Positions 38,983 to 48,699 of a DNA stretch of 64,000 nucleotides are shown piece by piece (position 1 is the first letter of the stretch; each line of letters opens with the position of its first letter). The notes under the pieces were generated by a model. That model had not been told where the DNA came from. It was given only the letters and a program-made list of their open reading frames with translations, and searched no databases. Position numbers and translations under genes: made by a program. The stretch comes from a virus: the IMG/VR virus record IMGVR_UViG_3300035698_013740, positions 1 to 64,000 of that record. One strand, 5' to 3'.

Positions 38983-39991
38983 ATTAAAAAAATCAGTTTT
39001 AATAACAGGAGTAGCAGGACTATTAGGTTCTAGGCTAGCTACATGGATTTTTGAAAATACAAATTACTATGTAGTAGGTGTTGATGATCTCTCAGGTGGG
39101 TATTGTGAAAACGTCCCAGAAGGTGTTCATTTTCATAAAATAGATTTATCAATAGCAGAAGGATTTAATTTCACTAATTTGAATAAAATGTTTAAAACAT
39201 ATAAACCAGATTATGTATTTCATTTTGCAGCGTACGCAGCAGAAGGATTGAGTCCGTTTATTAGATGTTTCAATTACGAAAATAATTTAGTAGCAACTGC
39301 AAATATTGTAAACATGTGCATCAAATATGATGTGAAGAGATTAGTATTTACAAGTTCTATGGCGGTTTATGGAAATGCAGCTCCACCATTTAATGAAGAT
39401 GTTCAGCCTAACCCAATTGATCCATATGGAGTGGCAAAATTTGCTGCAGAGCAAGACATTAAAATCGCTGGAGATCAACATGGATTAGATTGGTGCATTA
39501 TACGACCTCATAATGTGTATGGTGTAAATCAAAATATTTGGGATAGATATCGAAACGTTCTTGGCATTTGGATGTATCAGCATCTCAATGGTCAGCCTAT
39601 GACAATATTTGGTGATGGAGAACAAACTAGAGCATTCAGTTATATTGATGATTGTTTGGAACCTTTTTGGAAATCAGCTGTTAAAGAAGAAGCGTCAAAG
39701 CAAATTATAAATTTGGGTGGCATTCATCACATTTCTATTAATGATGCAGCACATACACTTAAAGAAGTGATAGGCGGTGGAGAAATCGTTTATAGAGAAG
39801 CAAGACACGAAGTTAAAAATGCATATCCTACTTGGAAAAAATCTGTAGATATTTTAGAATTTGAACATAATACAGATTTTAGAGAAGGATTAAAATTGAT
39901 GTGGGAATGGGCACAAACTCAACCAAACCGTGATCAATTTATTTGGCCTGAATATGAATTAGAGAAGGGAATATATTCCTTTTGGAAATAA
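38975..39991 (+). CDS. NAD-dependent NDP-sugar epimerase/dehydratase
   Basis: 'GVAGLLG','FTSSMAVYG','YGVAK','RPHNVYG','GDGEQTRAF'; ATG 38975 preferred over 38933. Confidence 0.93.
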   Translation: MDRLKKSVLITGVAGLLGSRLATWIFENTNYYVVGVDDLSGGYCENVPEGVHFHKIDLSIAEGFNFTNLNKMFKTYKPDYVFHFAAYAAEGLSPFIRCFNYENNLVATANIVNMCIKYDVKRLVFTSSMAVYGNAAPPFNEDVQPNPIDPYGVAKFAAEQDIKIAGDQHGLDWCIIRPHNVYGVNQNIWDRYRNVLGIWMYQHLNGQPMTIFGDGEQTRAFSYIDDCLEPFWKSAVKEEASKQIINLGGIHHISINDAAHTLKEVIGGGEIVYREARHEVKNAYPTWKKSVDILEFEHNTDFREGLKLMWEWAQTQPNRDQFIWPEYELEKGIYSFWK

Positions 39992-40006
39992 TAAAGAGAT
40001 AAGATT

Positions 40007-40426
40007 ATGTTGATATATGTAATAACTGCGTTAGTAATGGCACTTGTCATTGGTTTTGCTTTGGGATTTGATAAAGGACTACGAAGAGCAAAGGAAGTTA
40101 GTATAGTCATTGATGGAAAGAAAATTTCTAGTACATTTGACGTAACAGGTAAGCGAGGAAATACTGAAGATCTTTCAGTAGTAATTGGAGATGCAGAAGC
40201 TAGCATTGCTGCAGTTAGGGACCGATTTACTAAACTGATTAATCATCCAGGTCGTGGACCTTCTACCCAAAAGGCAGGAATATTGAGTACAGATAATGTA
40301 GGAAACATTACGTCATACGTAACGGTAGAAGAATTAGAACCATCGTATGTTCAATCACTGCATGATAAATTAGAATCTGATACTGAGATAATTAGAAATG
40401 TAGCAAATCAAAATTATGATGCATAG
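40007..40426 (+). CDS. Membrane-anchored hypothetical protein
   Basis: N-terminal hydrophobic helix; frame stays open 25 codons past its TAG. Confidence 0.6.
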   Translation: MLIYVITALVMALVIGFALGFDKGLRRAKEVSIVIDGKKISSTFDVTGKRGNTEDLSVVIGDAEASIAAVRDRFTKLINHPGRGPSTQKAGILSTDNVGNITSYVTVEELEPSYVQSLHDKLESDTEIIRNVANQNYDA

Positions 40427-40439
40427 CAGTTAGAGCTTA

Positions 40440-40496
40440 CTGATGTTATACGTGAACTAGAAGCTGATGTTATGCGTGAACTAGAAGCTGAAGTTA
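40440..40496 (+). repeat. 24-bp tandem repeat (2.4 copies)
   Basis: CTGATGTTAT(A/G)CGTGAACTAGAAG x2 plus CTGAAGTTA. Confidence 0.85.
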
Positions 40497-41129
40497 ATGA
40501 ATAAACAACTAGAAAGATTAGTTCATCTTAAGGATAGAGGATTTAACCCAAAATCTATAATTGATATTGGCGCAAACATAGGTCAATGGTACGCAATTGC
40601 CAATGATGTATTTCCAAACGCAGATATTCTAAGCATTGAACCAAATCCACCATCTTTTGATGAATTGGTTAAAATAAATCCAAATTCAAAACAATTGCTA
40701 CTTGGCGATTCTAATAATAAAGTAGTTGAATTTTTCGTTAATGAAGATGATGATAAGTGCACAGGAGCTTCTATTTATTTAGAACAAACACATTATTATT
40801 CTACTCCAACTGTGATTCCGTTAACAATGGGTACATTGGATAAACTGAATATGAAATTTGATCTTATCAAAATAGATGTTCAAGGAGCTGAACTGGATGT
40901 GTTACAGGGTGGCCTTAATACCCTTCAACACGCCACATTCGTAACTTTAGAACTTGCAGTTATGAGATATAATAAAGGTGCACCATTAATAAATGAAGTA
41001 ATACAATATATGAGTGCACATGATTTCATGATATTTGATATATTTGAATTACATTATTTAAACGGCGCACTTAACCAAATTGATATCTGCTTTTTAAACA
41101 AAAAGTATAACTATATGGTTGAACTTTAG
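40497..41129 (+). CDS. FkbM-family methyltransferase
   Basis: 'IDIGANIG','IEPNP','IKIDVQGAELDVLQG'. Confidence 0.92.
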   Translation: MNKQLERLVHLKDRGFNPKSIIDIGANIGQWYAIANDVFPNADILSIEPNPPSFDELVKINPNSKQLLLGDSNNKVVEFFVNEDDDKCTGASIYLEQTHYYSTPTVIPLTMGTLDKLNMKFDLIKIDVQGAELDVLQGGLNTLQHATFVTLELAVMRYNKGAPLINEVIQYMSAHDFMIFDIFELHYLNGALNQIDICFLNKKYNYMVEL

Positions 41130-41173
41130 TTGATACCTGATATTTACATATATAAAAACAAACACAAATTAAT

Positions 41174-41788
41174 ATGACAGAATTAGCACAGCGCATTATT
41201 AAAGATATCAGACGGGGAAAGCCTGTTATGGTAGTAGATGATTATACTAGAGAAAATGAAGCAGATCTAATTATATCAGCAAAACAAGCAGACATATATA
41301 ATTTGACATTTTCTATGAGACATGCAAAGGGATTAATGTGTATTCCATGCATGCAAAATACGTTAGATAAGTTGGATATTGCAATGATGCATAGCAACTC
41401 ATTAGATCAATATGATACTCCATTTGCAAATTCTATAGATGCAACCTACGGAACAACTACTGGAATGTCAGTAGATGACAGATTGAAAACAATCCAGACA
41501 CTATTGAATCCATTGGCAGTTCCAGGTGATGTTACTCAACCTGGACATATGTTTCCACTAAGGGCAAGAAAGGGACTTCTTAAGGAGAGAAGAGGACATA
41601 CCGAATCTGCAATTGAATTGATGAGATTATCAGGTGAACCTGATGTCGCAGTCATTATAGAAATTATGGATGACAACGGCCAAATGTTAAGGGGAATGGA
41701 TTTGGTTTCATACGCCCATATTTATGATTTAAACATGATCTCAGTAGAAGAAATTTATGAAGCAAGATACGGACTCCCTAGTAAGTAG
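41174..41788 (+). CDS. ribB: 3,4-dihydroxy-2-butanone-4-phosphate synthase
   Basis: 'VVDD..RENEADL','GLMC','TTGMS..DR','PGHMFPL','RRGHTE'. Confidence 0.93.
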   Translation: MTELAQRIIKDIRRGKPVMVVDDYTRENEADLIISAKQADIYNLTFSMRHAKGLMCIPCMQNTLDKLDIAMMHSNSLDQYDTPFANSIDATYGTTTGMSVDDRLKTIQTLLNPLAVPGDVTQPGHMFPLRARKGLLKERRGHTESAIELMRLSGEPDVAVIIEIMDDNGQMLRGMDLVSYAHIYDLNMISVEEIYEARYGLPSK

Positions 41789-42779
41789 AGCATATAATGA
41801 CTTCAGAATAATTGATAATTTGCTTATAAAAAAATCTAGTGATACTACTAGGTTAGCAAATGAAATTGAGTATTATATGACCGTTCCTAAATGGTTTGCT
41901 CATTATTTTCCAAGAGTATTTGAATATTCAATATGTGAAAATAATAGTCCAAATTCATGGATGATAATGGAGTATTATTCATATGACGATGCGTCTAAAC
42001 TGTTGTTTGAACTAAAAAATCCATCTCCAACTAAAATCCAAAAGTTTATCAATCACATTGATAAATTTTTAGGTAGTGCTAGATTACATAATAATGCACA
42101 CATACGTAATACAACAAAAGAGCAAACTAGAATAGACTCAAGATCGATGTATGTAGATAAGACTAAGCTGTATTATTACGAATTAATTACAGATTTTGAG
42201 TTATTTAAAGAAATTGCATCATATCCTAGATTGTTCATAAACGGTAAAAGCTACCATAATTTTGAACAAATGCAAGAATGGATTTTTAAAATGGTGGATT
42301 TTCACGTTAAAGAAATATATCCAGCGTTTATTCATGGAGATTTTTGCCTTTCAAACATACTATTTGGATATAATGAAAATTCAATAAACCCAAAATCTAC
42401 TGTAAAATTTATTGATCCTAGGGGAAAATTTGGAAATGCAATTCATGAGGGAGATGTATATTATGATCTTGCTAAGTTGATGCATTCTACTCATGGTGGA
42501 TATGAATTTATTATACATGATAGATTTACAGTAACGCAGCTAGAAGATTCCAATCAACACTGGGAGTTGATCATTCCTGAAAACAAAGTAGTTCAACAGC
42601 ATTTTGATGAATTGTTATTTTCAAAATATGATGCAAAAATCATAAAATTACTTCAGGGATTAATTTTTATAGGAATGTGTTCTAGGCACTATGACAGCGA
42701 AGATAGACAAGTGGCAATGTACCTTCAAGGAATAAAAATTCTAAACGAAGTAATGTATGAAAACGGGTTTGTAATATGA
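41757..42779 (+). CDS. APH/choline-kinase-like phosphotransferase (capsule-cluster type)
   Basis: 'HGDFCLSNIL','IDPRG','GDVYYDLAKLMHS..GGY'. Confidence 0.8.
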   Translation: MKQDTDSLVSRAYNDFRIIDNLLIKKSSDTTRLANEIEYYMTVPKWFAHYFPRVFEYSICENNSPNSWMIMEYYSYDDASKLLFELKNPSPTKIQKFINHIDKFLGSARLHNNAHIRNTTKEQTRIDSRSMYVDKTKLYYYELITDFELFKEIASYPRLFINGKSYHNFEQMQEWIFKMVDFHVKEIYPAFIHGDFCLSNILFGYNENSINPKSTVKFIDPRGKFGNAIHEGDVYYDLAKLMHSTHGGYEFIIHDRFTVTQLEDSNQHWELIIPENKVVQQHFDELLFSKYDAKIIKLLQGLIFIGMCSRHYDSEDRQVAMYLQGIKILNEVMYENGFVI

Positions 42780-43003
42780 AAAAATATAGAGTAGGATTTG
42801 GAACACCAATACGAGAACGTGGAGGACCTAGATACGGGATTTCTACGTTTGTTCATGCGTACAGTTCAAGAACATATCATGAAATAGAAGCCAAAGATAT
42901 GATGGAACTTATTAATAAAATTAAACATCAAGACGCAAAAGAAGCAGGATTGGATTTAAATACTGAATATCATCTTGAAATAGAAGAAATTCCAAATGAA
43001 TAA
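42776..43003 (+). CDS. Hypothetical protein
   Basis: ORF overlapping both neighbours. Confidence 0.5.
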   Translation: MKKYRVGFGTPIRERGGPRYGISTFVHAYSSRTYHEIEAKDMMELINKIKHQDAKEAGLDLNTEYHLEIEEIPNE

Positions 43004-43352
43004 AAAATATAGATTTTGTTTTGATTTAGATGGCACTATTTGCCATACTAAGAAAATGGATCAATCATACCGTCAGGTAAAACCAATAGATGGAATGCCT
43101 GAATTATTGCAAAAAATCGATGAAGATGGCCATTACATAATCATATATACTGCCAGAAATATGGAAACATATCAAGGTAATATGGGTAAGATCACTGCAT
43201 ATCAAGTTCCAATTATAATAGAATGGCTGAGAACGTGGAAAATTCCGTTTGATGAAGTGATTGTAGGAAAACCATTGGCAGATTTTTACATAGATGATAA
43301 GGCAGTAGAATTTAGAACAGTAGCATTACTCAAAGAGGATTTAGGAATATGA
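42996..43352 (+). CDS. HAD phosphatase (capsule biosynthesis EcbF-like)
   Basis: 'DLDGTI','YTARNM','GKP.ADFYIDDKA'. Confidence 0.88.
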   Translation: MNKKYRFCFDLDGTICHTKKMDQSYRQVKPIDGMPELLQKIDEDGHYIIIYTARNMETYQGNMGKITAYQVPIIIEWLRTWKIPFDEVIVGKPLADFYIDDKAVEFRTVALLKEDLGI

Positions 43353-44200
43353 ACGAAGAATTTAGAGAATTTTATATAGATACAGCTGACACCCATTATA
43401 TAGATTTAGTTCTGTCTAGGTTGTCAAATCAGGGTGACGGACAAACTGTTAGCCATTTTAGAGGAATTACTACTAATCCAAATGCAATGTCAAAGGTAAA
43501 TGCCCATACATTGTCTCAGTGGACATCTCAACTCCGTAAGATATGTAAATTATTGAATAAGTGGACTCACGGAATACCTAAAATTCCAGAATTACATGTT
43601 CAACTTCCAAATACACGATTTATATCTGATAGCGATGTTGCAAAATTTGTGGGTTATTTACAAGACAATTTAACTGAAGGTGAGTTTCAATTATGTATTA
43701 AGATTTCACCATATCAGTTAGCTTCTGTATCTGCATATTTGCAATCTGAAGGAGTTAAGGTTAATGTTACTGGATGTGCTGATTATGCAAGCGTCCTTAG
43801 AGCCTCTTCATATGGAGTAGATTATGCATCTATCATACCAGGACGAATGGATGAACGTAAGATCCAATCAAATAAACATCTATCATACTTAAATGCATGT
43901 GACCTAGGAAATACTAAAGTAATTACTGGAAGTATGCGAACAGTTAGAGGAGTTAGGGATGGATTCAAATATGGAACTATTCCAACTATCGGCAGTAGAG
44001 TTTGGAATAAAATACTAATTAATAAGCATGCACATGAGCAATTCGATACTATATTGAATGTTCCTAGCAAACTAAATCTTGGTAAATTTTTAGCTCCAGT
44101 TCAAATTACAAAGGATTCTCAAGATTTAACCAATGAATTTTTTGAAAGCATGGATGAACTTGGAACTCAGGCGTACATTGGATTAATGTCAAGACGATGA
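43349..44200 (+). CDS. Divergent transaldolase/FSA-family class I aldolase
   Basis: 'IDTAD','GITTNP','IKI' (Schiff-base Lys),'VNVT','SIIPGRMD','GSMR'. Confidence 0.75.
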   Translation: MNEEFREFYIDTADTHYIDLVLSRLSNQGDGQTVSHFRGITTNPNAMSKVNAHTLSQWTSQLRKICKLLNKWTHGIPKIPELHVQLPNTRFISDSDVAKFVGYLQDNLTEGEFQLCIKISPYQLASVSAYLQSEGVKVNVTGCADYASVLRASSYGVDYASIIPGRMDERKIQSNKHLSYLNACDLGNTKVITGSMRTVRGVRDGFKYGTIPTIGSRVWNKILINKHAHEQFDTILNVPSKLNLGKFLAPVQITKDSQDLTNEFFESMDELGTQAYIGLMSRR

Positions 44201-44892
44201 AAGTAGCAATTCTTATTTCAGGAATGCCTCGCAATTATGAGCAAGGTTTTCCTTCGCATCTTAAATACCTAATAGAACCATTTGATGAAGTAGACATCTT
44301 CATTCACACATGGGTAAATCCTGAATTAGTAGGTACTTCATTTTTTAATGAAGGTGGAAACAAAGTTACCAAGGATTTAGAATCAGATTATATGAATAGG
44401 ATAGTGGAACTATACAATCCTAAATCTATAACATTTGAACACATTACTCCAAATTTTCCAATGAGTGATGCTCATCATGAAAAGATGTTTCCTAACGTAC
44501 GTCTCTATGCACATTGGTCTATGTTTTATGGAATGTATCGTGCATGGAAATTGATGGAAGATTATCATGCAAATGATGAAATGACTGAATATGATTTAGT
44601 GTTCAGACTTAGATTTGATTGGGAGATTTATAGTCTTCCATTAGGAGATGTATTTCCAAACACAATTTACGCTCCAGATGATGGACCACATAAATTATCA
44701 TTCAACGATCAGTTTGCATACGGACAGCATACAGCTATGAAAAAATATATGACTACATATGAAGATCTATTTGAGATCAATGAAGAAGTATATGGTATTG
44801 TTGGAGAAACTGTAGTATTTCAGAGAATGTTAGATACAGATACTAATATAGTAGTTCAACCAATAAAATACAGAATAATTAGAGAAGGATGA
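44197..44892 (+). CDS. Glycosyltransferase-like protein
   Basis: 'KVAILISGMPR','DIFIHTW','YDLVFRLRFD','NDQFAYG'. Confidence 0.6.
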   Translation: MKVAILISGMPRNYEQGFPSHLKYLIEPFDEVDIFIHTWVNPELVGTSFFNEGGNKVTKDLESDYMNRIVELYNPKSITFEHITPNFPMSDAHHEKMFPNVRLYAHWSMFYGMYRAWKLMEDYHANDEMTEYDLVFRLRFDWEIYSLPLGDVFPNTIYAPDDGPHKLSFNDQFAYGQHTAMKKYMTTYEDLFEINEEVYGIVGETVVFQRMLDTDTNIVVQPIKYRIIREG

Positions 44893-45182
44893 TAAGCACT
44901 AAAGATTACATTAAAATTAATAAATGTGTAGATGGTGGGTTGTATAGTATAGAAGCTAGAAACGGAGTATTTGGATATTGGAATAGCAGTAGTGAATCAT
45001 TTACTCTTAGACGATGTAAATTCGGGTCAATATTCTTATTTGATGAATACCATTGGGATATTGGAGCTCCATATGGAACTGTAAAGCCAATTGCATACTT
45101 AAACGAAGAGCGACCTGCTACTGATACTGAGGCGATTATTAGACTTTCAGAGTTAACTGAAGAACGCTTTAAACGTAAATAA
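44889..45182 (+). CDS. Hypothetical protein
   Basis: ORF with ATGA overlap. Confidence 0.55.
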   Translation: MISTKDYIKINKCVDGGLYSIEARNGVFGYWNSSSESFTLRRCKFGSIFLFDEYHWDIGAPYGTVKPIAYLNEERPATDTEAIIRLSELTEERFKRK

Positions 45183-45186
45183 TAAA

Positions 45187-45723
45187 ATGATTAATAAAGA
45201 CTGCCGGATTCAGACATATACAGGCAAACAATTTTATCTTTTGGATACTATTCAAGATGATATAGATGTTGTAGATATTGCTCATGCGTTGGCTAATATG
45301 TGCAGATTTAATGGACATTGCAATGAATTCTATTCAGTTGCTCAACACTCAGTAATTGTATCTCAATATTGTGATGATCCATTATGGGGTTTAGCTCATG
45401 ATATGACAGAAGCATATTTGCCAGACGTAACTAGACCATTAAAGCAAGTTCTTCCAAATTTTAAAGTAATTGAAGATAATTTAATGTCAGTTATTGCTCA
45501 AGCATTTGGGTTAAACGGAACAACAATTCCAGATCAAGTTAAGGTAATAGATAACAGAGCACTTGTTACTGAGCGTAGAGATTTAATGGCAGACGCTCCA
45601 ATTCCATGGGGTGGATTGCATGATCTAACGTGTCTTCCACAAAAGATAGTTCCAGTGAGTGCAAAAATGGCAGAGAAGATGTTTCTTAGAAGATTTCACG
45701 AGTTAGTAACAGTAGAAGTATGA
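45187..45723 (+). CDS. HD-domain 5'-deoxynucleotidase (YfbR/YfdR-like)
   Basis: 'DIAHALANMCRFNGH...YSVAQHS','AHD..EAY..D..RPLK'. Confidence 0.9.
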   Translation: MINKDCRIQTYTGKQFYLLDTIQDDIDVVDIAHALANMCRFNGHCNEFYSVAQHSVIVSQYCDDPLWGLAHDMTEAYLPDVTRPLKQVLPNFKVIEDNLMSVIAQAFGLNGTTIPDQVKVIDNRALVTERRDLMADAPIPWGGLHDLTCLPQKIVPVSAKMAEKMFLRRFHELVTVEV

Positions 45724-46484
45724 TTAGAGTATTTTATAGATTGTCAGATCATGGATATAAAAAGACAAAACCTGCATATGTCACAAATGACAATTGTTTA
45801 TCGAATTTTGTAGCTTCATGTGAATTAGTTAATAGGGATTGGAAAATGAGAATCCTAATGGACAATGTATCTCAGGAAACATATGATCATATTTTTAAGG
45901 AATATGCTGGAATTTGTGAAATACGAGGATCTAAATTGGGGTCAGGTGCACAGTCATTCAATAAAGTATTAGACTATGCAATAAAGCATGGATCTGATGA
46001 TGACATAATCTATTTTGTAGAGGATGATTATATCCATGAATACGGATGGGGTAAAATTCTTAAAGAAGGATTTGAAATAGGTGCAGATTATGTAAGTTTG
46101 TATGATCATCCAGATAAATATTTGAATCCGCAACTGGGTGGTAATCCATACGTTGAGGGTGGTGGAGAGGTAACTAGATTGATGAAGTCAGATTCATGTC
46201 ATTGGAAACTCACAAACTCTACAACAATGACGTTTGCTGCAAAATTGAAAACTCTTAAAGAAGATGAAGATATTTTAAGAGGCCATACTAGTGGGACATA
46301 TCCTAAAGATTTTGATATGTTTTTAGCACTTAGAGAAAAGGGAAGATCACTAGTAACTCCAGTACCAGGATACGCAACACATGGGGAAACCACATGGCTA
46401 AGTCCTTTTAAAAATTGGAAACAAATCTGCGCGGATACGAATATGACTTCACTTCACAGAATTAATCACGGAATATCAATATGA
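45720..46484 (+). CDS. GT-A glycosyltransferase-like protein
   Basis: 'YFVEDDYIH','YDHPDKY','STTMTFA','PGYATH'. Confidence 0.75.
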   Translation: MIRVFYRLSDHGYKKTKPAYVTNDNCLSNFVASCELVNRDWKMRILMDNVSQETYDHIFKEYAGICEIRGSKLGSGAQSFNKVLDYAIKHGSDDDIIYFVEDDYIHEYGWGKILKEGFEIGADYVSLYDHPDKYLNPQLGGNPYVEGGGEVTRLMKSDSCHWKLTNSTTMTFAAKLKTLKEDEDILRGHTSGTYPKDFDMFLALREKGRSLVTPVPGYATHGETTWLSPFKNWKQICADTNMTSLHRINHGISI

Positions 46485-47080
46485 GACAAATATCACAAAT
46501 ACATGAGGTTCGCACAATTAAAGAGTTGCGAACCATGTCAAAATACAAAGGAGCATCATACGTGTTCTTTTGGGGTCATTCTGATACTGACCCAGAACGT
46601 GTGAATGAAGGATGCCTTAGCAATTGGTATCCTGCACCGTTCGAATTAGATGGAATAGTTTATCCTACCTCAGAACATTGGATGATGACTGAAAAGGCTA
46701 GATTATTTGAGGATGATGATTCGTTAGCACTAATGTTAGAAGCTGAATCTCCATGGAAAGTTAAAAAGTTGGGACGAAAGGTTGCAAACTTTGATAATGA
46801 TGTTTGGAGAAAATATTGTTTTGATTCAACAGTAAAGGGATGCATAGCAAAATTTACTCAAAATCCACATCTTGGTGAATATCTTAAAAATACTGGAAAA
46901 TCTGTATTAGTTGAAGCAAGTCCGTATGATACAGTTTGGGGAATTGGAATGGCGTTTGATAAGGATAATTTAGAAATCGGAGATCCTACAAATTGGAAAG
47001 GAGAAAATCTTTTAGGATTTGTTCTTATGGAAGTTAGAGATCAATTAAATTTCATATCATCTGCGGCATCATCAATATGA
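46481..47080 (+). CDS. NADAR (YbiA/RibX-like) family hydrolase
   Basis: 'LSNWY','TSEHWMM..KA','KKLGRKV','KFTQN','LVEASPYD.VWGIG','GENLLG..LMEVR'. Confidence 0.93.
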   Translation: MRQISQIHEVRTIKELRTMSKYKGASYVFFWGHSDTDPERVNEGCLSNWYPAPFELDGIVYPTSEHWMMTEKARLFEDDDSLALMLEAESPWKVKKLGRKVANFDNDVWRKYCFDSTVKGCIAKFTQNPHLGEYLKNTGKSVLVEASPYDTVWGIGMAFDKDNLEIGDPTNWKGENLLGFVLMEVRDQLNFISSAASSI

Positions 47081-47889
47081 TTAGTGTAGTAATTCCAACA
47101 TATAAAAACCCAAGATGTTTAGATTGGTGCTTGACTTCTGCAATTAATAATGCACATGATGACAAAAATTATGAAATTATTGTAGTAGTAGACGGATTTA
47201 TTGAAGAGAGTCAAGGCGTTTTAAATAAACATTCTAATGAAATACAAGTTTTAGATCTAGGTCAAAACTTTGGTATGCAGCATGCATTAAATATGGGAGT
47301 CTATAATGCATCATATGAAAAAATTCTTATAGTAAACGATGATAATGTTTTTCCATATGGATGGAATTCTACATTAGACGGATTTGCAATCACAAGTGTC
47401 AATAATAGAGTTATAACTCCAAATCAAATTGAACCTTTAGGTCCATCGATATTCAATTTTACAATTAAAGATTTTGGAAATCCTGAAACATTTGATTTAG
47501 AAGAGTATTCTAATTGGGAATCTAAAAATAGAAATGGAAGTTGGACTGAGGATGGAGGAATTTTTCCATTCTTAGTAAGCAAGAGAGATTATATGATGGT
47601 TGGTGGTTTTGATACATTATATCAATCACCGTTCATATGCGACTGGGATTTCTTTCTTAAGTTAGAAATGGCAGGAATAGTTTTTAGAAGAACAGATTTA
47701 CTTTCGTTTTACCACTTTGGATCTATTGCAACAAAAAATAGATCTGATGGTGAATCAGATAAATTTAAGAAGAGTGAACAGGATGCATTTGAAACATTCA
47801 GATATAAATGGGGCTTTGATGCATTCAGAGGAAAAAACAATACTCATAGACCAAGTAATACTACAATCAGGGGAATAGAATTTAACTAA
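47077..47889 (+). CDS. GT2 glycosyltransferase
   Basis: 'ISVVIPTY','VVVDG','ALN.G','VNDD','GGFD','DWDF'. Confidence 0.9.
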   Translation: MISVVIPTYKNPRCLDWCLTSAINNAHDDKNYEIIVVVDGFIEESQGVLNKHSNEIQVLDLGQNFGMQHALNMGVYNASYEKILIVNDDNVFPYGWNSTLDGFAITSVNNRVITPNQIEPLGPSIFNFTIKDFGNPETFDLEEYSNWESKNRNGSWTEDGGIFPFLVSKRDYMMVGGFDTLYQSPFICDWDFFLKLEMAGIVFRRTDLLSFYHFGSIATKNRSDGESDKFKKSEQDAFETFRYKWGFDAFRGKNNTHRPSNTTIRGIEFN

Positions 47890-47890
47890 G

Positions 47891-48028
47891 ATGGCAAAAG
47901 GAAACACTAACGGAACTTACAGCGGTGGAAATAGCACCAAACGACCAGGAGTACACTCAAAAAGAAAGGCTTCTAAACTGAAGCAATCTAAAAACTATCT
48001 AAAGCGGTATAAAGGACAAGGAAAATAG
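47891..48028 (+). CDS. 45-aa highly basic protein (not in ORF track)
   Basis: MAKGNTNGTYSGGNSTKRPGVHSKRKASKLKQSKNYLKRYKGQGK. Confidence 0.65.
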   Translation: MAKGNTNGTYSGGNSTKRPGVHSKRKASKLKQSKNYLKRYKGQGK

Positions 48029-48097
48029 TTTAAAAATTGGTACTTATCTCAGCATTCTGATATTTATATAAGATTACAATGAAATACAGAGATATCA

Positions 48098-48415
48098 ATG
48101 CCAAACAAATTCAAAGACGCAGTTTCAAAGCTGCTCAAAGACACGTCAGGAAAACCTAGTAGTAAAAGAACAATTACTTTTATTGCATTTAGTCTTATGT
48201 GTCTTGCATTTTTACTAAACCTTGCATTTGAAATTCCTATGGAGGAATTCATTTATGAAGGTATGTTATATGTAGTAGCAGGTGGTCTAGGCTTTAGCGC
48301 ATTAGAACACTTATCACCTGGAAAATCGGGTGATACTCAAAATATAGATCGCTCATCAACCACTAAGGTGGGAGTTGGAGCGGTAGAAAATCCAGAAATG
48401 TTCGAGGGACAATAA
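48098..48415 (+). CDS. Holin-like two-TM membrane protein
   Basis: 'GKPSSKR' then two hydrophobic helices; upstream of endolysin. Confidence 0.65.
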   Translation: MPNKFKDAVSKLLKDTSGKPSSKRTITFIAFSLMCLAFLLNLAFEIPMEEFIYEGMLYVVAGGLGFSALEHLSPGKSGDTQNIDRSSTTKVGVGAVENPEMFEGQ

Positions 48416-48416
48416 T

Positions 48417-48695
48417 ATGTCATTTTTTAAAATAGGCGGAGTATTCACTGTTGCTCCTACAGGTGATGGAACAGTTACAGTTCAATGTGGCGGAAACGAT
48501 TCTGGCACAGGATCATTAGCAAATCCTAAACTTACTAAGGCGTGGGGAGTAATGGTTGGAACTGCTACCGGTGGATCAATTGATTTTGACAATTCAGGAT
48601 CAATTCAAGTTGCAGATATGATAGTAGGTGAAGTTTACCCATGCTATCCTAGAGCAGTAACTGCTAATAGCGGTTCAATTTATATTTTATTGTAA
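48417..48695 (+). CDS. Hypothetical beta-rich protein
   Basis: Gly/Thr-rich 92-aa ORF. Confidence 0.55.
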   Translation: MSFFKIGGVFTVAPTGDGTVTVQCGGNDSGTGSLANPKLTKAWGVMVGTATGGSIDFDNSGSIQVADMIVGEVYPCYPRAVTANSGSIYILL

Positions 48696-48699
48696 ATCA

